Assembly (NCBI GenBank): GCA_964010765.1 | Contig: CAXGMD010000075.1 | Span: 1 to 16,213, forward strand | DNA length: 16,213 nucleotides | Direction of reading: 5' to 3' | Source of the DNA: an uncultured bacterium | Lineage (GTDB): Bacteria; SAR324; NAC60-12 | Shown: positions 7,604 to 15,988 of the stretch, piece by piece | Layout of the letters: every line of letters begins with the position of its first letter | Numbering within the stretch: position 1 is the stretch's first letter | Notes under the pieces: model-generated | Database searches by the model: none | Told to the model about the DNA's origin: nothing | The model's input: the letters and a program-made list of their open reading frames with translations, nothing else | Position numbers and translations under genes: made by a program

Positions 7604-9700
7604 GTGGCCGTAGGAAGCAACACAGCTAGTTTGAGCGGTTTGTCAAGAAATTCTGATGTTTTGCTGGCAGTAGGGGTGATCTCTGTTTTAATGATCATGG
7701 TAGTTCCCCTACCAGAAATTCTGATGGATTTGCTGCTAGCGCTAAGTATTACACTTGGGGTTCTGATTCTTTTCGTTGCTCTCTTCACAGCAAACGCCCT
7801 TGAATTCTCCTCCTTCCCGACTGTCCTCTTAATTGCGACTCTCTTTAGGCTATCACTCAATGTTGCCTCCACAAGATTGATCCTCTTGAACGGCAACAAA
7901 GGTTATGACGCCGCTGGAACAGTGATTAAGTCATTTGGAGAATTTGTCGTTGGTGGGAATCAGATTGTTGGAATCATCGTATTCTTAATCCTAGTTCTCA
8001 TCAATTTCGTTGTTATTACAAAGGGTGCTGGCCGCATTGCAGAGGTTGCCGCTAGATTTACTCTGGATGCTATGCCAGGTAAGCAAATGGCGATTGATGC
8101 AGACTTGAATGCCGGACTCATTGACGAAACGCAAGCTCGTGAACGTCGTCAATATGTGCAGCGAGAATCTGATTTCTATGGAGCAATGGACGGGGCTAGC
8201 AAGTTTGTTCGTGGTGATGCAATTGCGGGCTTAATCATTACTACGATCAACATTCTTGGTGGTTTGCTGATAGGTGTAACCCAATTTGGGATGAGTTCGG
8301 GCGATGCCTTTGAAACCTATGCAACCCTAACTATTGGGGACGGCTTGGTCTCCCAAATACCCGCACTGATTATCTCAATTGCTGCCGGTATTGCAGTTAC
8401 CAAAGCATCAGCAGAAAACAAATTGTCAGTTGATCTGGGTAAGCAAGTATTCAGTAACGCTCAGGCCCTAAATGTTTCAGCGGCTCTGCTTTTAGCTTTT
8501 GCAATCATTCCGGGTCTGCCGGTTCTTCCCTTTCTAACTCTAGGGATTATTACAGGAGGGCTGGCTTTTCTTGCTAGACAGGACAATTTCAGAAACCAAC
8601 AAGCTGAAGAAGCACAGGCACAACTCAAGCTGCAACAGGAAATTGAAGAAGAGCCTGAAAACATTGAGTCACTACTGCCCATTGACCTGTTGGGTTTAGA
8701 ACTGGGCTACGGACTGATTCCATTGGTTGACGAAGAGCAAGACGGAGAACTGCTGAAAAGAATTAAAGCTATCCGAAGACAGATGGCGACTGACTATGGA
8801 TATGTTGTTCCCCCCATGCATATAAAGGATAATCTTGAGCTATCCCCAGGAGAATATTCGATTACCATCAAAGGAATCGAGGTTGCTCGTGCTGAATTGA
8901 TGGTTGGGCACTTCATGGCTATGAAAACGGGGGAAGTTGACGAAGAAATCAGCGGCGTAGACACCGTCGAGCCCGCCTTTGGGTTACCCGCAATTTGGAT
9001 TACCTCCGAGGATGAAGAAAGAGCACAATTCGCTGGTTATACTGTAGTTGATCTACCAACAGTACTAGCCACGCATATTACGGAAATTCTCAAAAATCAT
9101 TCTTTCGAATTTTTGGGTCGGCAGGAGACTCAGAAACTTCTAGATACCTTTGGCCAGAGTAATCCCAAAGTTATTGAGGAATTGGTACCAGGGCAATTGA
9201 ATTTGGGAGTGGTGCAAAAAGTTTTACAGAATCTTTTACGAGAACAAGTTTCCATCAGGGATCTGCATACAATTCTGGAAACACTAGCGGACGTTGCTAA
9301 CCTTACCAAAGATCCTGATCTGCTTACAGAACATGTTCGACAAGCTCTATCGAGACAATTAACACGGCAGTATCAGACGCCTGATGGTATGTTGCCGCTA
9401 ATCACAATGAGTCAAGAACTTGAAAATCAAGTTGCGTCCTCCATACAGGACACGGGTCACGGTTCCTATTTGGGCTTGAATCCGAATATGGCTCAATTGA
9501 TTATCAATAATACTGAAGCATTGATTGAGCAGTTCGAACTAAATAACTACCAACCACTTCTGCTTTGTTCACCTCTTATTCGGCCACACGTTAAAAAGCT
9601 TCTTGAACGATTTATTCCGAATCTGGTCGTCTTATCACATAATGAAGTTGCCCCTGATGTCCGTATTGAGGCTCTCGGGGTGGTAGAACTGAACAACTAA
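7604..9700 (+). CDS. flhA: Flagellar export gate protein FlhA
   Basis: 698 aa with a GTG start. Motifs: FPTVLLIATLFRLSLNVASTRLIL, RIAEVAARFTLDAMPGKQMAIDADL, FYGAMDGASKFVRGDA, TIGDGLVSQIP, plus a large cytoplasmic domain (LELGYGLIPLVD, TVEPAFGLPAIWI). Confidence 0.98.
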   Translation: MAVGSNTASLSGLSRNSDVLLAVGVISVLMIMVVPLPEILMDLLLALSITLGVLILFVALFTANALEFSSFPTVLLIATLFRLSLNVASTRLILLNGNKGYDAAGTVIKSFGEFVVGGNQIVGIIVFLILVLINFVVITKGAGRIAEVAARFTLDAMPGKQMAIDADLNAGLIDETQARERRQYVQRESDFYGAMDGASKFVRGDAIAGLIITTINILGGLLIGVTQFGMSSGDAFETYATLTIGDGLVSQIPALIISIAAGIAVTKASAENKLSVDLGKQVFSNAQALNVSAALLLAFAIIPGLPVLPFLTLGIITGGLAFLARQDNFRNQQAEEAQAQLKLQQEIEEEPENIESLLPIDLLGLELGYGLIPLVDEEQDGELLKRIKAIRRQMATDYGYVVPPMHIKDNLELSPGEYSITIKGIEVARAELMVGHFMAMKTGEVDEEISGVDTVEPAFGLPAIWITSEDEERAQFAGYTVVDLPTVLATHITEILKNHSFEFLGRQETQKLLDTFGQSNPKVIEELVPGQLNLGVVQKVLQNLLREQVSIRDLHTILETLADVANLTKDPDLLTEHVRQALSRQLTRQYQTPDGMLPLITMSQELENQVASSIQDTGHGSYLGLNPNMAQLIINNTEALIEQFELNNYQPLLLCSPLIRPHVKKLLERFIPNLVVLSHNEVAPDVRIEALGVVELNN

Positions 9701-9721
9701 TTCTCTTTGTCGGACTGACAC

Positions 9722-11038
9722 ATGAATCTCAAACGCTATCGCGTGAATAATATCCAAGAAGCTCTGCAGTTGATCAAAAAAGATCTTGGTCCAGAAGCTG
9801 TGATTGTATCTACTCGGCAGGTGAAGGAGGGTAATAAGGCGTTTGGTCTATTTGCTAAAACAATGCTGGAAGTGACTGCCGCCCGAGATGACAAAAGCCA
9901 GGCGAAACCAAATATTCAGGCCTCATCTCAAGCCACTGCGAGTGGGTATCGGGCAACCGTAAATGGAATGCCTCGCTCAGAGGGTGTTACTGCGGTGGCT
10001 AGTCCTGAAATGCCAACACCGACTGCAAAGCCAGTACAGCCAAATCCTGCTTCAGATCCTTACAAAGCCCTGCAGCCGCTTCGTCAGGAGATTCAGGATC
10101 TGAGAGAACTGATTCAAAATCTTGGGGATCGTACAGCCAGCTACGAGGGACAAACTGTTGCCCAATTGAAACAGGAGTTGGGAGAAATGCGCTATATGCT
10201 GCATTCTCTTGCTTCCAGAACCGGGCAAATGGATGATCTCAATCTCCCTGAAAATTTAATGGTGTTGTACCAACAGCTTCGCTTCAGTGGAATGGAAGAG
10301 AAGTTTGCAAGAAGATTGATGTTAGAAGCTCAGAAGAATATTGCAGAAGATGATCTTCAAAATTTTTCATACGTAAAAATTTTCATAGCAAGAATGCTCA
10401 TGAAAATTGTTAAGACTACTAGGGGAGTTGAGAGCATTACCGCTCCTCAAAAGATTTTTACATTGATAGGTCCGACAGGTGTTGGGAAAACGACTACGGC
10501 TGCTAAGATCGCCTCTGAACAGCTGCTGCGTTACAAGCGAAGAGTAGCAATGATCACCATTGATACTTTTCGCATTGCTGCGGTGGAGCAGTTACGAACT
10601 TACGCCAAGATCATCAATGTGCCACTGAGTATTGTATCCGATAAAGCCGATTTGGATCGCGCAATTGCTAGCTATTCAGATTATGATGTGATCATCATCG
10701 ATACTGGCGGCTGTTCGCAGCGTGATGAGTCACAAATGTTTGAATTGCGAGAGCTTTTTGATGAGCGAGGAAGACTACATAATGTTTTGGTATTGAGTTC
10801 GACAACCAAAGACAGCGATCTCAACGAAATAACTCGCCGTTTTGGGGTAATCCCGATTGATAGTGTGATCTTTACAAAGCTTGATGAGAGTTCTTCGTAC
10901 GGATCCATCTTCAATCACTCCATCCGTTTCAAGAAACCAATCTCTTTCTTGACCACTGGACAGAAGGTCCCTGAAGACATTGAAGTCGCTACGAAAGAGC
11001 GTTTGGTGGATTTGATGCTCAATATTTCTGGAAATTGA
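9722..11038 (+). CDS. flhF: Flagellar SRP-family GTPase FlhF
   Basis: 438 aa with N-terminal EALQLIKKDLGPEAVIVSTR, a Pro/Ala-rich linker, GPTGVGKTTTAAKIA, DTFRIAAVEQL, DTGG, TKLDES and GQKVPEDI. Confidence 0.96.
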   Translation: MNLKRYRVNNIQEALQLIKKDLGPEAVIVSTRQVKEGNKAFGLFAKTMLEVTAARDDKSQAKPNIQASSQATASGYRATVNGMPRSEGVTAVASPEMPTPTAKPVQPNPASDPYKALQPLRQEIQDLRELIQNLGDRTASYEGQTVAQLKQELGEMRYMLHSLASRTGQMDDLNLPENLMVLYQQLRFSGMEEKFARRLMLEAQKNIAEDDLQNFSYVKIFIARMLMKIVKTTRGVESITAPQKIFTLIGPTGVGKTTTAAKIASEQLLRYKRRVAMITIDTFRIAAVEQLRTYAKIINVPLSIVSDKADLDRAIASYSDYDVIIIDTGGCSQRDESQMFELRELFDERGRLHNVLVLSSTTKDSDLNEITRRFGVIPIDSVIFTKLDESSSYGSIFNHSIRFKKPISFLTTGQKVPEDIEVATKERLVDLMLNISGN

Positions 11039-11075
11039 GCTAATTCATCCATATCCCCCTGTAAGAAAGCGCTCA

Positions 11076-11987
11076 ATGAACGACCAGGCAAGTTCCTTAC
11101 GAAGGATTGTCGGGGAAAATACAACTACGTCGGATTCCAACCGAGTAAAGGTACTTTGCATCACCAGTGGCAAGGGTGGTGTAGGGAAAACGAATATTTC
11201 CATCAATCTTTCAATTGCTCTGGCGTCAATGGGGCGAAAGGTCTTTCTCCTTGATGCAGATCTTGGCCTCGCGAATATTGACGTTTTATTAAACTTAACC
11301 CCAATGTACACTCTTGAGCATGTGCTCTCTGGGGAAAAGGGTATCAATGATATTATTTTGGATGGCCCGGGAGATATAAAAATCTTGCCAGCAAGTTCTG
11401 GTGTGGTGGAAATGACTGAGATGGATCGGGATCAACAGGTTCATTTGTTCAGAAAGCTTGGAGAAATTGAAAGAGAAATAGATTATTTGGTAATTGACAC
11501 TGGGGCGGGTATCGCTCCCCACACATTGAGATTTGTGGCGAATTCTGACGAGGTTCTGATTGTCGCTACCCCGGAACCATCTTCAATGACGGATGCATAC
11601 TCTCTGATCAAAATCATGGTTACAAGGTACCAGATTAGTAAATTTAGGGTAATTGCCAATAACGTTGTATCGCCAGCAGAAGGAAGACAGGTTTACGAGA
11701 GACTTCAAAAAGTCACCCGAGATTTTCTTAAGACAGAAATTGATTTCATGGGGCATGTTCTGAAAGATCCCCTACTGGTCAAATCAGTACGCACACAACG
11801 TCCATTACTACAGTCTTTTCCAGAAGCCCCAGCTTCAAGATGTCTTGTTTCGATAGCCAGAGAAATTGAAAAAATCCACAAAGCTGGGGATGCTGAAATT
11901 CCAGACAATGTAGAGCAACCAGACAAAGTTAATGGACAACGAACTCCAAGTTTTTGGGAACGTCTAATAAGCTGGCGTACAAGCTGA
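11076..11987 (+). CDS. flhG: MinD-like flagellar number regulator FlhG/FleN
   Basis: 303 aa with an N-terminal DQASSLR activator motif, SGKGGVGKT deviant Walker A, DADLGLANID, DTGAGI, TPEPSSMTDAY and a C-terminal amphipathic SFWERLISW. Confidence 0.95.
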   Translation: MNDQASSLRRIVGENTTTSDSNRVKVLCITSGKGGVGKTNISINLSIALASMGRKVFLLDADLGLANIDVLLNLTPMYTLEHVLSGEKGINDIILDGPGDIKILPASSGVVEMTEMDRDQQVHLFRKLGEIEREIDYLVIDTGAGIAPHTLRFVANSDEVLIVATPEPSSMTDAYSLIKIMVTRYQISKFRVIANNVVSPAEGRQVYERLQKVTRDFLKTEIDFMGHVLKDPLLVKSVRTQRPLLQSFPEAPASRCLVSIAREIEKIHKAGDAEIPDNVEQPDKVNGQRTPSFWERLISWRTS

Positions 11988-12012
11988 AGATCTTACTCAG
12001 CCAAGGAAGGCA

Positions 12013-12768
12013 GTGAAAGCAAACCCCTATGCCGACAAATCTCAACAAAGCCGAGAGCAGCTCGTATTAAAACATGCCCCTCTGCTCAAGCGGATTGTCA
12101 GCCGAATGGCAAGTAGGTTTCCTCCAGAAGTGGATCCTGAGGAAGTCTACCAAGCTGGCATGATCGGTCTTCTAGATGCGGTAGACAAGTTTGATCCCTC
12201 GCGAGACATTCAATTCCAAACCTATGCTGAGTACCGAATTAAAGGGAGTATTCTTGACGAATTACGAGCTCTGGATTGGGTGCCCCGAGGGGTTCGTGCA
12301 TCAGCTACGGAGTGGGAGAGAGCTTGGATTGAGCAATGTAGCACGTTAGGGAGAGAACCCAGTGATTCTGAGATGGCAACTAAGCTTGATATGCCTTTAA
12401 ACGAGTATCATGAGTTTGTTGCCCATGCTAGCCCACTCTCTTTGGTGACATTAGATCACTTGGGAGGTGGAGGTGAAGATGAAGAAGGTCAGAGTTTATT
12501 GGATATCCTCAGAGATCCAGATGGTTCAGATCCTTTTTCAGAATTGTCAATGCACCAACTCAAAAGCCGTTTACAAGAGGCAATCGAGGAGTTACCAGAA
12601 AGAGAACAAACAATCCTCTCTCTCTATTATATTGAGGAACTGAACATGAAAGAGGTTGCAGCTGTTCTGGGTGTTGGTGAAGCTCGTGTATCTCAACTGC
12701 ACACAAAAATTATTTTGAAATTGCGAGCAAAATTGCGAAGAGTACTAGAAGTTGAGAAAGCCGCTTGA
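12013..12768 (+). CDS. fliA: Flagellar sigma factor FliA (sigma28)
   Basis: 251 aa with a GTG start after AAGGAAGG. Motifs: GMIGLLDAVDKFD, FQTYAEYRIKGSILDELRALDWVPR and a region 4 LPEREQTILSLYYIEELNMKEVAAVLGVGEARVSQLH. It sits in the usual position after flhG. Confidence 0.96.
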   Translation: MKANPYADKSQQSREQLVLKHAPLLKRIVSRMASRFPPEVDPEEVYQAGMIGLLDAVDKFDPSRDIQFQTYAEYRIKGSILDELRALDWVPRGVRASATEWERAWIEQCSTLGREPSDSEMATKLDMPLNEYHEFVAHASPLSLVTLDHLGGGGEDEEGQSLLDILRDPDGSDPFSELSMHQLKSRLQEAIEELPEREQTILSLYYIEELNMKEVAAVLGVGEARVSQLHTKIILKLRAKLRRVLEVEKAA

Positions 12769-12790
12769 AACTTAAGTAATTTCAAAATCA

Positions 12791-13015
12791 ATGAACGTAG
12801 ACGTATTCGCTGAGACAAGGCTCCAAGAAATGATTGAGTTTCAGCGTGAGAAGCTGCTTAAGCTTGCCAGAGAGATCCTACCTGACGTAACCCCTGAAGA
12901 TCTTCGGAATCCTCAAGATTTTCCCGATTTGGTAAAAGATCCACTGTTTAACTATGAAGATGGCCTTCTTGCTGGCTATCTTGCCGTGCAAATCGCCATG
13001 CGATCTCGTCTATGA
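12791..13015 (+). CDS. Small hypothetical protein (74 aa, predicted helical)
   Basis: Lies 22 nt after fliA with an ATGA overlap to the next ORF. It has a protein-like motif, TPEDLRNPQDFPDLVKDPLFNYEDG. Confidence 0.8.
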   Translation: MNVDVFAETRLQEMIEFQREKLLKLAREILPDVTPEDLRNPQDFPDLVKDPLFNYEDGLLAGYLAVQIAMRSRL

Positions 13016-13350
13016 AAGAGATCAGGTGGAATCAGGCTTTACTTAAAGAATTTTTGAGAAGCCATGCTCATCAGCAAATTTGTATTATGGATCAGAGAAG
13101 CAGAGCTTTCTTAGTCGGCATAATTCCGGCAGTATTTGAAATGGATCTTTGCAGCGGGACACTTTCTGAAGCTGCACTGAATGTTGAGAATATGGGATGT
13201 GATGTTTCCCTCACAATGCATGAACAGTTTCTTGGAATTCATCTATTTTTCTTTAGGCAGAATACGGAAGAACAAATTTTATCTTTTCCATGGGAGATTC
13301 CTTATTCTTCGCTCCAACTAGAATTAGTTCCCGAGAGAATGGACGCTTGA
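13012..13350 (+). CDS. Hypothetical protein (112 aa)
   Basis: Translationally coupled to the 74-aa ORF and fills the gap to the aminotransferase. I do not recognise the family. Confidence 0.7.
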   Translation: MKEIRWNQALLKEFLRSHAHQQICIMDQRSRAFLVGIIPAVFEMDLCSGTLSEAALNVENMGCDVSLTMHEQFLGIHLFFFRQNTEEQILSFPWEIPYSSLQLELVPERMDA

Positions 13351-13374
13351 ATCGTTTTTTGAACAAGGTGTGAA

Positions 13375-14601
13375 ATGATTTCTGGATTTAATCAGGGCTG
13401 TATGATCAAGCCGCCTGTTACTGAGCCATTGTCAAATATTTTACCAAATGAGCCTTTACTGCTGATGGGAGCTGGACCAGTTCCGATATCTAATGCGGTT
13501 TCGAGAGCAAATGGGGTTGTGATTAATCACCTTGGTGAGACGATGGACCGAGTCATCAAGAATCTAAAAATAATGGCTGCGTATGCTTACCAAACGAAGA
13601 GTACGAAAATTATGGGAGTGTCAGGCCCAGCCTCAGCATCTATTGAAATGGCTATTACGAACCTTCTTTGGCCGGGGCGTAGAGTACTCGTTTTAAAAGT
13701 CGGCACTTTCAGCGGTCGAATGGGAGAAATGGCCCAGGGTGTTGGAGCGGAGGTGGACTACATTGAACGATCAGATGCTAGGCCAATTAACGCAGAGATG
13801 GTCGAAGAAGCTTTCAAGAAAAAGAAATATGATGTTTTAACAATGGTTCAGGGGGAAACGTCTTGTGGAGTCAAGACTGTTGATTTTGCTGAAATAGTCA
13901 GGATTGCCAAAGAAAATGGGGCAATGGTGATAGGAGACACTGTCTGCACTCTAACAACAATGCCCATGGAGATGGATCACTGGGGGTTGGACGCAGCGAT
14001 CTCTGGGGGGCAAAAAGGTCTTTCTTCTATACCTGGTGTGTCAGTGATAGCCTTTTCTGAAGATGCTTGGAAATTTATTGAGAAAAGATCAGTTCGTCAA
14101 CCACACTGGTGTTTCGATGCCCTACGTTCCCAAAAATTCTGGGGACATCAACAATACCACTATACTGCCCCAGTCCCAGGAATTTTAGCCCTGCACGAGG
14201 CACTTCGGCAGATTTGTGATGAGACATTGCCGGAGCGGTTTCAACGACATCTTGTGAGTTCAAAGGCTTTGCAAGCTGGAATTGAAGCAATGGGTTTGGA
14301 ATTGTTCATTCCAGAAAGTTACAGATTGAACTCTGTAGTTGCTATTAAGCTGCCTGATGGTGTCGACAGTGCGAAAATTAGAAAATCGATGGTGGATATG
14401 TTCCAAGTCGAAATTTCTGGAGCATTTGGTTTAGATATCGTTCGCATTGGGCAGATGGGGGAACAGTGCAGAGCACATAATCTCTTCAGAGTATTGTACG
14501 CCCTTGGAACTGCATGTGTGACTCATGGCGTCCCCTTGGATGTCAGCAATGGTATGGCGCTCCTCGAAAAAAATCTTCAGCAACCAATCCTCCCTAACTG
14601 A
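13375..14601 (+). CDS. Class V PLP-dependent aminotransferase (alanine-glyoxylate/serine-pyruvate family); the start may be the ATG at 13402
   Basis: LLMGAGPVP, GTFSGRMGEMA, VQGETSCGV, GDTVCTL, GGQKGLSSIPG (PLP lysine), YHYTAPV and VRIGQMG. Confidence 0.9.
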   Translation: MISGFNQGCMIKPPVTEPLSNILPNEPLLLMGAGPVPISNAVSRANGVVINHLGETMDRVIKNLKIMAAYAYQTKSTKIMGVSGPASASIEMAITNLLWPGRRVLVLKVGTFSGRMGEMAQGVGAEVDYIERSDARPINAEMVEEAFKKKKYDVLTMVQGETSCGVKTVDFAEIVRIAKENGAMVIGDTVCTLTTMPMEMDHWGLDAAISGGQKGLSSIPGVSVIAFSEDAWKFIEKRSVRQPHWCFDALRSQKFWGHQQYHYTAPVPGILALHEALRQICDETLPERFQRHLVSSKALQAGIEAMGLELFIPESYRLNSVVAIKLPDGVDSAKIRKSMVDMFQVEISGAFGLDIVRIGQMGEQCRAHNLFRVLYALGTACVTHGVPLDVSNGMALLEKNLQQPILPN

Positions 14602-14603
14602 AT

Positions 14604-15983
14604 GTGGCCCCTGTCGAACTTTTTTTCGATCGGGGGACATTACTTCTCAAAAACCTACCAACAGTTCTCCAAAAAACTTTCTCCCAACTCAAATGGGATG
14701 AAAGAGTCCTTTCATATCGTGCTCCTGCCAACAACTATTACGAAATGGCTCTTTATTTTCATAAAGAAGGCATCCCATTTCTAGACAATGCCAAAGAATT
14801 TGAGCCTACTAGTTTTGATCTTTCCCAAAAAATAACTCCAAGAAATTATCAACAGGAAGCTCTTGACCACTGGATTCAATCGGGGAAGCGTGGAGTTGTT
14901 ACTCTGCCCACTGGAGCAGGTAAAACAATGCTTGCGATGCTGTGTATTTCTAAAACGTCGCGTCCAACACTAGTTCACGTCCCCACGATTGATCTGATGC
15001 AGCAGTGGCACGGATTATTAGAGCAATTTTTTGGGATGAGGGTTGGTCGAGTGGGTGGTGGCTATAAAGAGTGGGAACAACTCACCGTGAGTACTTATGA
15101 TTCTGCTCTTCTCCAGGTTGAATATTACGGTAATCAATATGGCCTTTTAATCTTTGACGAATGTCATCACCTGCCAGGGGATCAATTTCAATATGCTGCG
15201 TTAGCCTCAATAGCCCCATTTCGTCTAGGTCTAACAGCAACTCCAGAGAGGTCAGATGGCAAGGAAACTCTTCTTTACGAAATCTGTGGACCCTTGGTTT
15301 ACCAAGTCCATATTGATGAACTGGAAGGTCGTACTCTGGCGCCATATCGAGTTCAAACCATTGAAATTGAACTCACAACTTCTGAACTCGAAGAATATCA
15401 AAAATTAAGAAATATTTTTCTTAACTTCATCCGAAGGGAGAGAATTCGATTTGATGAACCGAACGGTTGGCAAAACTTCTTGTTTAAAAGCAGTCGGAGT
15501 ATTGATGGGAGAGAGGCTTTTCAGGCTTATTTGGCTCAGAAGAAATTAAGCCAAGCTTCTTGGACAAAACTCCAAAAAATCTGGCAGCTCTTGACACAAC
15601 ATATTGATGACAGAGTGATTCTTTTCACCCAAGACAATGAAATGGCCTACAAGATTGGACGTGAATTTTTACTACCCGTACTGACCCATCACACCAGGTC
15701 AACAGAAAGAGACCAACTGCTCAATAAATTTAGAGAAGGGGTTTATCCGACTTTGGTGACTTCGAAGGTGCTGAACGAGGGGGTCGATGTCCCAGAAGCC
15801 AATGTGGCTGTCGTGGTTTCAGGGAGCGGTAGTACAAGGGAACATGTTCAAAGATTAGGACGAATCCTACGTGCACGCCCTAATAAGGAAGCAATACTTT
15901 ATGAACTTGTTTCGAAAGGAACGGCAGAACTTTATGTGAATCAAAGACGAAGACAGCACAGGGCCTATGATCGTTACCGGTAA
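14604..15983 (+). CDS. SF2 DExH helicase, XPB/Rad25/SSL2-like
   Basis: 459 aa with a GTG start 2 nt after the upstream stop. Motifs: PRNYQQEAL (Q motif), LPTGAGKT, VPTIDLMQQW, FDECHHL, GLTATPER, VLNEGVDVP and QRLGRILR. Confidence 0.92.
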   Translation: MAPVELFFDRGTLLLKNLPTVLQKTFSQLKWDERVLSYRAPANNYYEMALYFHKEGIPFLDNAKEFEPTSFDLSQKITPRNYQQEALDHWIQSGKRGVVTLPTGAGKTMLAMLCISKTSRPTLVHVPTIDLMQQWHGLLEQFFGMRVGRVGGGYKEWEQLTVSTYDSALLQVEYYGNQYGLLIFDECHHLPGDQFQYAALASIAPFRLGLTATPERSDGKETLLYEICGPLVYQVHIDELEGRTLAPYRVQTIEIELTTSELEEYQKLRNIFLNFIRRERIRFDEPNGWQNFLFKSSRSIDGREAFQAYLAQKKLSQASWTKLQKIWQLLTQHIDDRVILFTQDNEMAYKIGREFLLPVLTHHTRSTERDQLLNKFREGVYPTLVTSKVLNEGVDVPEANVAVVVSGSGSTREHVQRLGRILRARPNKEAILYELVSKGTAELYVNQRRRQHRAYDRYR

Positions 15984-15988
15984 CGATC
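15969..15988. repeat. Perfect 20-bp palindrome GATCGTTACCGGTAACGATC spanning both convergent stop codons
   Basis: The reverse complement of GATCGTTACC (15969-15978) is GGTAACGATC (15979-15988), with no spacer. Confidence 0.95.

Noticed and set aside
6396..9700. Non-flagellar type III secretion (SctU/SctV)
   Set aside because: The adjacent flhF, flhG and fliA, and the FlhA-type cytoplasmic domain, indicate a flagellar system.
12735..12790. Sigma28 promoter, or the TTGAAA-N9-TTTCAA dyad (12765-12785), before the 74-aa ORF
   Set aside because: There is no TAAA-N15-GCCGATAA match. The dyad is short, AT-rich, overlaps the fliA stop and is plausible by chance.
928..15345. The many 60-111 aa alternative-frame and antisense ORFs in the track (e.g. 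2770-3012, 7113-7448, 7600-7899, 11045-11347, 14602-14784, 15082-15345)
   Set aside because: All lie largely within well-supported genes and show no recognisable motifs, so they are treated as shadow ORFs.
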